A stretch of 44,803 nt of DNA, from positions 11,821,963 to 11,866,765 of the forward strand of contig NC_069008.1 of the NCBI RefSeq assembly GCF_001194135.2, in the 5' to 3' direction. The translations under genes were made by a program, and so were the position numbers. The first letter of the stretch is position 1. Each line of letters opens with the position of its first letter. Below the pieces are notes generated by a model. That model was given only the letters and a program-made list of their open reading frames with translations. It was not told the DNA's origin and did not search any database. Source of the DNA: Octopus bimaculoides (Eukaryota). Positions 1 to 11,496 of this stretch are shown here, piece by piece.

Positions 1-282
1 TGATTGCCTGGAGGACTATGATAAATAAGAGGGGGCTGAGGACGGAACCTTGGTGGACCCCTACCTCTACCCGGAATTCATTGCTGTATTCATTTCCAAC
101 CCTCACCTTACTGGCAGCATCTCTGTACATGGCTCGCACAGCTCTCACTAACCATTCTTCTATCCCAAGTTTCCTCATTGACCACCAGATAAGGGATCGG
201 GGGACCCTGTCAAAGGCTTTCTCCATGTCAACGAAAGCCAGGTACAGAGGTTTATCCTTAGCTAGGTATTTCTCCTGCAGCT
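1..282 (-). mobile_element. RTE-clade non-LTR retrotransposon, reverse transcriptase fragment (runs off window edge)
   Basis: Minus strand translates without stops as LQEKYLAKDKPLYLAFVDMEKAFDRVPR...VGVHQGSVLSPLLFIIVLQAI, i.e. the RT motifs D-x-x-K-A-F-D and QG-x-x-LSP. Confidence 0.9.
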
Positions 283-309
283 ATAGAATATATATATATA
301 TTCCTTAGT

Positions 310-378
310 AGATGCCATGCAGTGGGACTGAACCCAGAACCATGTGATTGGGAAGCAAGCTTTTTACCACACAGCCAT
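310..378 (-). mobile_element. tRNA-derived SINE, 5' head fragment (family 1)
   Basis: Matches the head of the full copies at 10316 and 38028; followed by (CA)n/(TA)n. Confidence 0.75.
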
Positions 379-390
379 GCCTGTATTTAT

Positions 391-428
<38 letters not shown>

Positions 429-506
429 CTTAGTTACTACAAGTGCTAACACTGCTTACCTGGTATATACATGTGTGTATACATATATATATATATATGT
501 ACACAG

Positions 507-1664
507 TGCATAAGATATTTGAAGACAGATTTATGTTAATTAGAAAACAGATAATAACTTTATTAATCAAAAAATGCTATGAGGATAAAAATAAACCTTT
601 TCTATAATGTTATCCAATAAAGCCACCTTCAGCTTCAACAATTGCTTCTATATGAGATCTAAATCTACATGCTCAAATCAAGTGGTCCTGGTTCATTTTG
701 GACATTACTCTGACTATGGCAGCTTTCAAAGAATCTTTGGTATTAGGGACATGTTCATTGACCTCTCTCTCAACAACACTCCACATGTAATAGTCCAATG
801 GATTGAGATCTGGGGAATTAGGAGCCAAATGTTAGGGATTATGTGATCATGTAAATTTTCAGCCATCCATTCCTGTGTTTCTAGAGCCATGTGCGATAGT
901 GCAGAGTCTTACTGAAACACATATGACCTTCCATTGCATATACTGTTTATCCAGGGCTTAACAATTATTTGTAGGTGGCAGAGTTAACTCTAAGGCCTTG
1001 TCGAAAGAAGTTAGGCATCACATGCCCTTCATTGCTAACAACCCCTAAAATCATAACAGTTGCAGGAAATTTTGTATGCAACCATCTGTCATTTCTTCTG
1101 TTAACTTTTTGATCTTGGTCGAAGTTTTTCATGTTTGAGAAAAACCAAATGAAATCTACTGGATTTTTCATTTAAGGGCCTTTTAGATCTGATGTAGTGA
1201 TTTTCTTTTGCTTTTTCTGACAAATTGACCTTTCCTCATCATATAAGACTTATATCTTTGTGGTCAATATTTCTGACTGTTCCTTCTGACACATGGAGAT
1301 CTTTTGCAATTGACCTCATGAACTTTCTGGGATTGTAATCAATGGTCTGTTGAACTTGCTGGATAAATTCAGGTGTTCTGATGATTTCAGAGCACTTAGA
1401 ATGCTTTGATACTGATGATATGTTTCCATTTTCAATCTCTTGCTCCTTACAAACTTTGTAGATGAAAGATTTGGCAACTTTTAAAAATCGAGATATTTCA
1501 AAATCGCTATGCTCAGCCTTTATAACCACAATAACAACATGCCACTTCATTTCTTGCGTAAGCTGAGGGTCTGCCATTATTATTTTCTGAAACAAAGATT
1601 ATACAGAGTTAGCAAAAAATGCAACAATGAGCCAAAAACAGTATGTCCTCAAATACCTTATGCA
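507..1664 (-). mobile_element. Decayed IS630-Tc1-mariner DNA transposon, maT/DD37D-like
   Basis: 21-bp TIRs: tgcataagatatttgaagaca (507-527) and the reverse complement of 1644-1664, 2 mismatches. Broken transposase: HTH region RTPEFIQQVQ...SIAKDLHVSEGTV, VMILGVVSNEG, and FQ*DSA...DLNPLD with about 37 residues between the last two Asp. Confidence 0.85.
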
Positions 1665-2039
1665 CACACACACACACACACACACAATTTAGTTATGAGA
1701 ATTTTTAAGAAATCAAGACACATCAGCCTGTAGGATATCAGTAATGGCTAGGTATGATTACATGGAGCTCACAGTAAAATAAAACAACATTGGAGGCTAC
1801 AAATGTTGGCAGGATACAGTAGATATGCATGTACCAAATCCAGTTTATAACTACAGATCCAACATCACCGGTGAGTCCTTCATATGGAATACACAGCAAA
1901 AAAGTAAGCATGAATAGCATTTAAAATTTACAACTGTTTCAGTTGCATTTTATTTAATGAAGTCATAAAAGTCTACATCATAATATACAATCCACCATCA
2001 TTGGGTAAAATTTAAAAAAAGGATAACATTTTAAGCATA

Positions 2040-3245
2040 GACCTGGACATAGCCAGCATTGGGACAGTATCCCTATGGATTCCAGGGAATGCATGGGGGC
2101 TATGGCTTTGGACCTAGAAACGAGGAGGGAATAAAACTGCTGGAGTTCTGTGATGCAAATAATCTTATTATCTGTAACACTAACTTCAGAAAATCAGCCA
2201 GCCACCTAATCACATAGTCTGGTGGTCATATAAGCCAGATTGACTATCTCCTCACCAGTAACGAGATAGATGGATGCTTTAAAATACAAAGTCTCTCCCA
2301 GGTGAAGAGTGTACAACCCAACATAAGTTACTTGTTAGTGACTTCAGGATTAAAGCTAGAAAGACTCGGAGAAATAAACCTATCTGGAAAAGAAGACTAT
2401 GGAAGCTCAAAGACCCAGCAGACACAAAAATTTTGAGATTTCCTAACGGAAGCTTCTGACAAAAAGGAGGAATAGTTGGGAATATATAGCTTAGAAGACA
2501 ACTAGAAATTTCTGCAGGACAATCTACTGAGGGTTACTGACGAAATCTGTGGTTGGTGTAGAGTCCCTGCTAGACTAAGGGTGAGATGGTGGTGGAACAA
2601 AGAGGTAGTGCTATAAAAGCAAAATGACAGGCCTAGAAAGACAGTGGAAGCAGAGAGTTATATCAGGCAGCCAAACGGGCAGCTATGCGTCAGGTTTACA
2701 TAGCAAAAGGAATAGCTGAAGGTAAGAGATTTGCAAATGTTCTACAGTGTGAGGATCAGAGGCATGAGGTGTTCAGGATTGCAAAGAAATGTATCAGAGA
2801 GAATAGAGATGTGGTGGGTGAGAAATGTGTGCGAATGGATAATGGTATGCTTGGACTTAGTGACTCGGAGAAGAAAGATGCATGGAAGTGTCACTATGAA
2901 GGTTACTAAATGTAGAAAACAAATGGGAAGAGAGTGTACAAAATATCAAACCAATTGAGGAACCAGCCATCAGATTTGATAGCAGCATAATAGATAAGGC
3001 AATTAAAGACATGAAGATAGGGAAAGCCCCTGGGCCATCAGGAATCACTGCTGAGATGATTAAAATTTCTGGTGGTGTAGGACACAACTTAGTCACCCGT
3101 ATAGTTAATCAGGTTATTCAGGAAGGCACCATCCCCAATGACTGGTGTAGTAGTATTATAGTTAGCTGCTACAAGGGTAAAGGTGATACCTTAGATGGAA
3201 ACAACTACAGAGATATTAAGTTGCTAGATCAAGTCATGAAAGTGT
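2040..3245 (+). mobile_element. Degraded RTE-clade LINE fragment (C-terminal endonuclease plus N-terminal RT)
   Basis: GYGFGPRNEEGIKLLEFCDANNLIICNTNF and IDYLL endonuclease motifs; MKIGKAPGPSGITAEMIK...YKGKGD..NYRDIKLLDQVMKV RT start; many stops and frameshifts. Confidence 0.9.
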
Positions 3246-3269
3246 TTATTGTACCTGTGCAATAAACAG

Positions 3270-3467
3270 CTTAATGACAAAATTTGGGAGTGGGGATAGT
3301 TGATTACATTGACCCCAGTTTTCACCTGGTTCTTATTTTATTGGCCCTGAAAGAGTGGAAGGCAAAATTGACCTCAGCAGAATTTGAACTCAAAATGCAA
3401 AGATGGACAAATACCAGTAAGCATTTTATCCCATGTGCTAACAGCTCTGACAGCTTGCTGCCTTAAG
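3270..3467 (-). mobile_element. tRNA-derived SINE (family 2), diverged
   Basis: Reverse complement resembles the family-2 copies at 37565 and 42230 (taaggcggcgagctggcagaa...gagttcaaattc). Confidence 0.75.
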
Positions 3468-3469
3468 CA

Positions 3470-3790
3470 CCATCTTAATAATGACAAAATTACTTAACTA
3501 AATTCTTCATTATTTTCAAAATTAATTTAAACAGTCATTGTCTTTCAACAGAAATATGGTAACAATAGAATTAAAGTAATCTAAACTAAAGACTTCCTTC
3601 AAGATTTCATGTTAATTTCTTCCAAATACCAGCTTAATGATAAAATTTGTTTACTAAATTCATTATTTTCAAAATGAAATGAAACAAAGCAGTGTATATC
3701 AACAGAAATATGGTAACAAAAGAATTAAAGTAATCTAAATTAAAACCTTCCTTCAAAATTTCATGATAATTTTTGTTCCAAACACTAACT
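3470..3790. repeat. Tandem ~160-bp AT-rich units (two copies, third partial at ~4190-4280)
   Basis: Repeated block ...caacagaaatatggtaacaa..gaattaaagtaatctaaa...ccttcaa.atttcatg.taattt... Confidence 0.75.
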
Positions 3791-4155
3791 TAACAATGGT
3801 TTCAATTGCTGGCCTTGTGCCAGCAATTTATGGGGCCAATTACATCGACCTCAGTGTTCAAGTGATATTTATTTTATTGACCCTGGCAGCATTTGAACTC
3901 AGAACTTAAAAGCATTTTGTCCAGCATGCTAACGATTCTGCCAGCTCACCACCTTAATAATGGTTTCACATTTTGGCAGAAGGCCAGCAATTTTGAGGAG
4001 GGGTAAGTTGATTAGATTGACCCCAGTGATCAACTGGTACTTATTTTATTGACCCTGGAAGGATGAAAGGCAAAGTTGACCTCGGTGGAACATGAACTCA
4101 GAACATAGCAACGGACGAAATGCAGCTAAGCATTTTGCTTCGTATGCTAAAGATT
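3790..4155 (-). mobile_element. Two adjacent family-2 SINE copies
   Basis: Two successive reverse-complement copies of the family-2 sequence (~3790-3955 and ~3960-4155). Confidence 0.8.
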
Positions 4156-4607
4156 CTACTAGCTCATTGCCTTTTAAGCATCAACTAAATAATGACAGTT
4201 ATTTTATGAAATTGTTTATTATTTTCAGAAGCATTTGAAACACAGGAAATGTATTTCAACAGAAATATAACAAGAGTTAAGAGTATATCAACTTTATTTA
4301 AATTTTGGATTATTGTGAATATTCACAAAGTGTGATGAGCTCAAAACTCAAGCTTCTGGGCCACAAAGATTGAGAAAATGTGATATCTTTCACAGACATG
4401 TTCAATCCATTACCAGCATGGAGAATGAGAACTGAATTATCAGTAAGGAAGACTCTTAGATTATATCACCCACTTTATATTAAGTTGAAGGTTGTATAGA
4501 CATATGCAAATTAACATTCAGTTTAACCATCAAGTCTTAAGGAATCAATGATATTAATGAAAGAAGTTATAAAATTACAAAATTCTTGCAAACTGAATCG
4601 TTGATAG

Positions 4608-6377
4608 TTACTCTTCTGTATAAATACATCCATGTGAATTTAAATTACTTCTTGAAGAGACAAATTTCCCACAAATTTCACAGTGATATGGTTTCTCTCC
4701 TGTATGAATACGTTTGTGTGTAGTTAGAGTATTTATTTGAGAGAACGACTTCCCACAGATATCACAGAGATATGGTTTCTCTCCTGTATGAATGCGTTTG
4801 TGTTTAATCAAGTTACATTTCACAGAGAATGATTTCCCGCAGATATCGCACTGATGTGGCTTCTCTCCTGTATGAATGCGTTTGTGTATCGTTAAGGATT
4901 TCTTATTAGAGAAAGATTTCCCACAGATATCACAATGATATGGTTCCTCGCCTGTATGAATTCGTTTGTGTTTAATTAAATCGCTACTTCCAGAAAATAA
5001 ACTACCACAGAAATCACAGTAATATGGTTTTTTTCCTGTATGAATGTGCTTGTGCTTATTTAATTCACTATTTTGAGAGAATGATTTGCCACAAATATCA
5101 CAGTGATATGGCTTCTCTCCTGTATGAATATATTTGTGTTTAATCAACTCACCATTTTGAGAGAATGATTTACCACAGATAGCACACTGATATGGTTTCT
5201 CTCCTGTATGAATGTGTTTGTGTGTAGTTAGGGCATTTCTGTGAGAGAATGATTTACTACAGATATCACACTGATATGGTTTCTCACCTGTATGAATGCG
5301 CTTGTGAGTACAAAGGTTACCTTTCTGAGAGAATGATTTACCACAAATATCACACTGGTATGGCTTTTCTCCAGTATGAATGCGTTTGTGGTGTATTAAT
5401 TGAAAATTTTGAGAGAATGATTTACCACAGATATCACAATGATATGGTTTCCCATCTGCATGAATGTACTTGTGAGTAATTAAGTTACTTCTATGAGAGA
5501 AAAGTTTGCCACAGATATTACAGTGGTATGGTTTCTCTCCTGTATGAATACGTTTGTGAGAAGTTAATTCATAACTTTGGGAGAATGATTTACCACAGAT
5601 ATCACAATTATATGGCTTCTCTCCAGTGTGAATACGTTTGTGAGTAATTAAACTACTTGCTACAGAGAATGATTTACCACAAATATCACAGTGATATGGT
5701 TTTTCTCCTGTATGAATACGTTTATGTTTAGTTAAGTCATTTTGAGAGAATGATTTACCACAGATATCACAATGATAAGGTTTCTCTCCTGTATGAATAC
5801 GCTTGTGATTTGTTAAGGTACGTCCTTCAGAGAATGATTTACCACAGATATCACAACAATATGGTTTCTCTCCTGTATGAGTGCGTTTGTGTTTAGTCAA
5901 GTGCACTTTACAAGAGAATGATTTCCCACAAATATCACAGTGATATGGTTTCTCTCCTGTATGGGTGCGTTTATGTATAGTTAAACCACTACTTTCAGAG
6001 AATGATTTACCGCAGATATCACACTGATATGGTCTCTCTCCTGTATGACTGCGTATGTGTTTAGTTAAGTCACTACTTCCAGAGAATGATTTACCACATA
6101 TATCACACTGGTATGGTTTCTCCCCTGTATGAATACGTTTGTGTCCAGTGAAGCTTTTTCTATGAGTAAATAATTTACCACAGATATCACAGTGATATGG
6201 TTTCTCTCCTGTATGAATGCGTCTATGATCAGTTAGATGAAAATTTCGTGAGAATGATTTACCACAGATATTACAATGATATGGTTTCTCTTTATGCTCA
6301 ACCAAGCTACTTCCTTTACAGAATGATTCTTCACAGATAACACTATTGTACAATGACTTTTCTATCTCTTTTGACAT
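4608..6377 (-). CDS. Multi-finger C2H2 zinc-finger protein ZNF-A (~589 aa, 19 complete fingers plus degenerate terminal fingers)
   Basis: Uninterrupted ORF of tandem CxxC...HxxxH repeats with TGEKPY linkers. The first in-frame ATG is at 6377 (MSKEIEK); the ORF-track start at 6425 is a TTG. Putative acceptor ggaaatttttgcttcag| ends at 6987. Confidence 0.93.
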   Translation of the reverse strand: MSKEIEKSLYNSVICEESFCKGSSLVEHKEKPYHCNICGKSFSRNFHLTDHRRIHTGEKPYHCDICGKLFTHRKSFTGHKRIHTGEKPYQCDICGKSFSGSSDLTKHIRSHTGERPYQCDICGKSFSESSGLTIHKRTHTGEKPYHCDICGKSFSCKVHLTKHKRTHTGEKPYCCDICGKSFSEGRTLTNHKRIHTGEKPYHCDICGKSFSQNDLTKHKRIHTGEKPYHCDICGKSFSVASSLITHKRIHTGEKPYNCDICGKSFSQSYELTSHKRIHTGEKPYHCNICGKLFSHRSNLITHKYIHADGKPYHCDICGKSFSQNFQLIHHKRIHTGEKPYQCDICGKSFSQKGNLCTHKRIHTGEKPYQCDICSKSFSHRNALTTHKHIHTGEKPYQCAICGKSFSQNGELIKHKYIHTGEKPYHCDICGKSFSQNSELNKHKHIHTGKKPYYCDFCGSLFSGSSDLIKHKRIHTGEEPYHCDICGKSFSNKKSLTIHKRIHTGEKPHQCDICGKSFSVKCNLIKHKRIHTGEKPYLCDICGKSFSQINTLTTHKRIHTGEKPYHCEICGKFVSSRSNLNSHGCIYTEE

Positions 6378-6610
6378 CTTTTCAGATAAGAAGAGAAAAG
6401 TCAATTCCTTGAATTGTACAAGCAACTCATTTTTCTATAACATTTTTTTGTCACAAAATACACAGACTTTTTTTTTCTGTTTATATTTTATTTCTGACAA
6501 ATATTCCTTTGGCTACATTTCCATCAACAGTGATCACTCTCAAGATGCAGCAAATTCTTCTTTTAAAATTCATCCAAGTTTATTTTGAATACTAAGTCAT
6601 TTTGCAAACA

Positions 6611-6836
6611 TTACCCATTTAGCCTTCACATTATTGTCAAAACTAATACTTATTTATTCACATTGTTTTGAATTAATCCTGCATTATCTTGTGGCAATGA
6701 GATTTTGATGAGGTAATTGTTAATCTTTAGAATGAGATTGTAGGGTTCGTATGAGAGGCCAGATCTGTCCAGTTTGTACACAAAACAGATAAAATATTTT
6801 GGCTGGATACAGCTGGTTTAAACGCTAAAGATTTAA
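6611..6836. mobile_element. piggyBac-type MITE inserted in the putative 5' UTR of ZNF-A
   Basis: Ends ttacccatttagc... and ...cgctaaagatttaa resemble the TTAA-CCCTTTAGC family also at 23375 and ~38610-38715; the flanks rejoin to align with the ZNF-B leader. Confidence 0.7.
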
Positions 6837-7151
6837 GACAGTGAAGTATAGAAATGCTGCTATTAATCTCAGTTCAGAAGAAATATTTCACAGCAACTCA
6901 ATATAGATTTATATAAACAGGTTTATATTTATTTTGTATAACATCTTCCTTTAGTCTTTAAAAGATGATCAATATTGTTGAAGTATCTGAAGCAAAAATT
7001 TCCTTTATGCCACTGACATTTGGTTTTCTGAAATAATAGAAAAACAGTACAAGATATAGAAAATACTTAAAAAATAGAAATTCAACTGTAGAAATATTGC
7101 TATATTTTTCTAATGGAAAGCTGTGGATATATACTCTTAAACAATTAATGT

Positions 7152-7322
7152 TTCTTACTTATTTCAGTAATTTGAGTCCAACCAAGGGACTATTTTTTTT
7201 TTACAGCCTAGTACTTATTCTATCGAACTTGTTTGCTAAGCCACTAAGTTATGGGGACGTAAACACACCAATACAAGTTGTCAAGTGGTGGCAGGAGACA
7301 AACACAGACACAAAGACACACA

Positions 7323-7397
<75 letters not shown>

Positions 7398-7560
7398 CAG
7401 GCTTCTTTCAGTTTCTGCCTACCAAATCCACTCACAAGGTTTTGGTTATTTGGTTGGCCCGAGGCTATAGTAGAAAACACTTGCCCAAAGTGTCACACAG
7501 TGGGACTGAACTGGGAATCATGTGGTTGGGAAGCAAGCTTCTTACCACAAAGCCATGCCT
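7152..7560 (-). mobile_element. Family-1 SINE with an expanded internal (TA)n (~7326-7395)
   Basis: Aligns to copies at 10316, 11011 and 38028; the internal microsatellite is at the same position in every copy. Confidence 0.85.
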
Positions 7561-8289
7561 GGTAATTAAAATTAAATTGCATAACCTTGTGAGATGACTG
7601 CATTATTTAGACTTCAGCTACACTTTCAGATTATCTAACATCATAGTGGTTTCAAATTTTGGCACAAAGTCAGGAATTTCGGGGGAGGGTGTTAGTTGAT
7701 TACCCCTATTTCCATTTTGCCCAATGAAATTGCCTATATGTGGTACTTAAACCAGAATTCCGCAAAAAAAACAAAACAACAACAACACTAAGACCCGAAA
7801 ACTACCGGTGATCTTTGTTCAACACGTTACTTTCACTTTGTCAAACTCCTGTCAGAATGAGCTTGTTTTGGCGGCCGCAGGAAGATTATTATGTAATGCT
7901 GTAACCTACTTGTTTTTTAAATGGGATATTTTTGATGTTATTAAGAATTATTAACTGTTGAGTTTGTTACTTATTTGTATATTCAAACAAAACAAATATT
8001 AATTAAATGAGGTCGAATTGCTAGAAATCGCAACATAAAATCATATCTAACAACACAAAAATGAGTAACAACAGCACCATGTGAAAGGAAATACAATTAA
8101 CTGCTGAAAAACGAAACAGAGAAAACATATTAGTTGACTAGAAATAGAATATACCTTGTGTACGATAAATATAAAAGGTAGAGGAATGAATTGGCGTGAA
8201 ATAAGAAATGTTGGGAGGAAATAGGTTTAAAGATGGAGAGAGGAAGTACAGGATCGCAGCGAATGAGACCCAGAAGTACGGTATTGAAT

Positions 8290-8522
8290 TACGTTAGGGA
8301 CTTTTAATTCACAACACCGTTTACACTATATTTGTAATTAAATTTAATGACACGATGTGTGATAATTATCTATTATTAAGGTGAACGTTAATGTTTGTGG
8401 ATAACATATGGTGACCTGCATGTTCTAAGGTCGGTGTTTCATCACCTTTGCAATTAAATATTTCATTATCTCACCAACTACGTTACATCGTTAATTGGTT
8501 GTTCCCTATTTTACAGGACAGG
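8290..8522 (+). promoter_or_regulatory. Conserved non-coding 5' module, paralogous to the region upstream of ZNF-C; ends in a putative 3' splice site at 8516
   Basis: 20/20 match tacgttagggacttttaatt to the reverse complement of 29032-29051, with further collinear blocks up to ...ccctattttacag|gac. Confidence 0.6.
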
Positions 8523-8764
8523 GCAAATGGATCTAAATTAGCAACAAATGAGAGAATAACTTTTCTCACATTTCACGATTCAGTTTATCTTCAAGCAGAA
8601 ATGTATCAGTTGGATTACCATGGCTTCCTTTTCCAGAATCCGCGGGGGATCAATCCTAATTAGATCTACGTACGAAATCGACCTCTTTGAATTACAGAAA
8701 AGAATAAATAAATCTTCAAAATTGGTAAATCATGCACTCGAAATTTCTCTTTTATACATTACTA

Positions 8765-9404
8765 CAGAGCAGAATTCAGGTTTAAGCACCCTATATTACC
8801 CCTACGTAACTTTTTTAACTTTTTGGAATTTTCAGAAAAATTTGCGAATTTGTGTTCTACACACGGAAATTCATGCGATTATGGAAAAAAGAAAAGAAAG
8901 GTGTGTTTTAAGGGCGAGTTAGCTGTTATTCTTAACACATCTCATGACCGCTTGATACCATCCTCGTGTCTTTGTCATTCTGACATGTATTGATGTTTTT
9001 TTAAATATTTTTCTCTCCATAAACACATTTAATGGAAAGATGATGCACCCAAGCATTGGTCTATTGCTTGGATTTAAACCAAAATTTGGATTTTAAACTC
9101 TGATTTAAAAAAAAAAATGGAGAAAGATTGGATATTTTAGGATTTATTGGAGGTGGAGGATTTAAGCCAAAAGTTCGGACTGCCCGTATTTTAAATTCTG
9201 ATTTTAACAAAAAAATAATAAAAAAACTGGTAATAGAATCGATTTATGGTGGGAGTGGAGGGATTAAAATTTTTTTTTTTTTAAATAATTGTATGGATTC
9301 CCACGTGTAGAACATATTTTCAAACATTTTCTAAAAACTCCCCCCCCCCCCAAAAAAAAGGGGTTGGGGGTTATATATAGGGTGCTTAAACCAGAATTCC
9401 ACTG
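8765..9404. mobile_element. Non-autonomous DNA transposon / MITE with long imperfect inverted termini
   Basis: gaattcaggtttaagcaccctata (8772-) versus tatagggtgcttaaaccagaattc (-9399), 1 mismatch; the inverted match extends ~120 bp (tgttctacac blocks). An orphan right end lies at ~7735-7762. No convincing TSD. Confidence 0.7.
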
Positions 9405-9879
9405 CTACTTGATCTACTTGAAAGATACATTCTCTGAAGGAAATTTGGAATTTAATAGATTATTGAACTACATCTGCTTGTTGTTGTTTAGTCCTGATCA
9501 GCCTTGATCTAATTGGGAAGAGCCATTTTAACGATGCTTCCTGCCCTAACTCTTCGAAACGCCAGTGTTAGAATGGTGGCAGCTGATGAAGGAAATGTTC
9601 TCTATGTGGCCTGTGTGTTTTCTGTACTCTGTTTATCATTTTGTCTACGTGTTGTTTGTAATGTCCTGTACCCAGAGATGCATCTATATATACAGGTAGA
9701 TGTAAGTATGTACATACATGTACATATATATGCATATACTCATTTACTATTTGATCTAATTGACTTTGATTATCAAAGACATTTCAGTAATCATTTGGCT
9801 GCTATTTCTAGCACATGAAGTGATCACCAAGAGGTCTGTGATCAAAAGCATTCCACCCATAACCCTCCCAACTTTTTGT

Positions 9880-10075
9880 TTTTCAGAATCGTTAGTGTCG
9901 AGTAAAGGCCTTGCAGTATTTCTTCTGGCTCTTTACATTCTGAGTTCAAATCCTACCAAAGTCAACTTTGCCTTTCATCATTTCAGGGTCAACAAGCACT
10001 GGGGTCAATGTATTCGACTGTTCCCTTTCTCTTAAAACCACTGGCCTCGTGCCTAAACCAGAAACAATATTCATG
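9880..10075 (+). mobile_element. Family-2 SINE, diverged
   Basis: gaatcgttag...ctgagttcaaatcc...caactttgcctttcatc...gcctaaaccagaaac. Confidence 0.7.
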
Positions 10076-10315
10076 GATTTTAACAAAGAAATTTATGCAT
10101 GGGTTAGGGATGTAGCTGCTATTTTTAGCATGCTGGTTGACAGAAATACAGACACATACATCTGTCACTAGATCAACTAACCCTGGTTCAACTCTGACTC
10201 AGCTGATTAAAGTATTCTACCCATTAACACCCCGTTGTTTTAGATTTTTCAGGCAGTGAGGTGATCATGTTTGGTATACAGAATGGTCACAACTACAATA
10301 ATTTAAAAACAGATA

Positions 10316-10698
10316 GGCATAGGAGTGGCTGTGTGGTAAGTAGCTTGCTTACCAACCACATGGTTCTGGGTTCAGTCCCACTGCATGACACCTTGGGCAA
10401 GTGTCTTCTACTATAGCCTCGGTCCGACCAAAGCCTTGTGAGTGGATTTGGTAGACGGAAACTGAAAGAAGCCCGTCGTATATATGTATGTGTCTGTGTT
10501 TGTCCCCCCAACATCGCTTGACAACCGATGCTGGTGTGTTTATGTCCCCGTAACTTAGCGGTTTGGCAAAAGAGACCGATAGAATGAGTACTAGGCTTCT
10601 AAAGAATAAGTCCCGGGGTCGATTTGCTCGACTAAAGGCGGTGCTCCAGCATGGCCACAGTCAAAAGACTGAAACAAGTAAAAGAGAGTAAAGAGAGA
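10316..10698 (+). mobile_element. Full-length family-1 tRNA-derived SINE
   Basis: A-box-like tggctgtgtgg, B-box-like ggttcagtcc, internal microsatellite, (gtaaaaga)n-type tail. Confidence 0.9.
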
Positions 10699-11010
10699 TA
10701 GGATGGTCATAATTTTTAAGACACATTTAGACCTGCAGCAGTATTAATAGGACATAAATATGACGAAAGACATTCCAGCAATGACTGTCCACTCTATTTT
10801 TAGGCATAGTCAATCTAAGAGTACATTCTTAGTCTTTCTATTCTTAAGATGATAAGAATGTAACACGAGAAATATTTAGCAGTTACTTTAGACAGGATGA
10901 GCAACCAAACAGAAGTTTTTAGTTGTCTGAAGGCAACTGATATTGGCTTGAGACAACAAAAGTCTTTTTCAAACCACTTTAGCTTTTATATGTGACTACA
11001 AAGTAGTTCA

Positions 11011-11413
11011 TTTTACTCTTCTTTACTTGTTTCAGTCATTTGACTGCAGCCATGCTGGAGCACCGCCTTTAGTCGAGCAAATCGACCCCGGGACTTATTC
11101 TTTGTAAGCCTAGTACTTATTCTATTGGTCTCTTTTGCCGAACCGCTAAGTGACGGGGACATAAACACACCAGCATCGGTTGTCAAGCAATGCTAGGGAG
11201 ACAAACACAGACACACAAACATACACACACACTTATATATATACATATATACGACGGGCTTTTTCAGTTTCCGTCTACCAAATCCACTCACAAGGCTTTG
11301 GTCGGCCCGAGGCTATAGTAGAAGACATTTGCCCAAGATGCCACGTGGTGGGACTGAACCCAGAACCATATGGTTGGTAAGCAAGGTACTTACCACGCAG
11401 CCACTCCTGCGCC
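11011..11413 (-). mobile_element. Full-length family-1 SINE, inverted relative to 10316..10698
   Basis: Reverse complement aligns end to end with the copy at 10316. Confidence 0.9.
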
Positions 11414-11496
11414 TAACAACAATTAAAAGATGTTCAGTTTAACGCTTACAATGTCTACAATGACTTCAAATTGTAATTATTCAACTTACTAAAAAT

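Noticed and set aside
1-3245. The two RTE fragments as one element split by an inversion of 283-3245
   Set aside because: The order would fit, but about 40 codons are missing between them, and the left piece is intact while the right is heavily decayed. Independent insertions are more likely.
5249-5479. Antisense ORFs over finger arrays (also 26355-26546 and 27342-27575)
   Set aside because: Expected by-products of the 84-bp finger periodicity.
6378-6425. ORF-track N-terminus MLVQFK... for ZNF-A
   Set aside because: It begins at TTG, an artefact of prokaryote-style start calling; the first usable ATG after the in-frame TAG is at 6377.
9551-9595. Possible type II hammerhead (cttcGAAAC...CTGATGAagg)
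   Set aside because: Core words are present, but helix I cannot pair (A opposite G) and helix II is weak. At most a decayed relic in an unclassified repeat.
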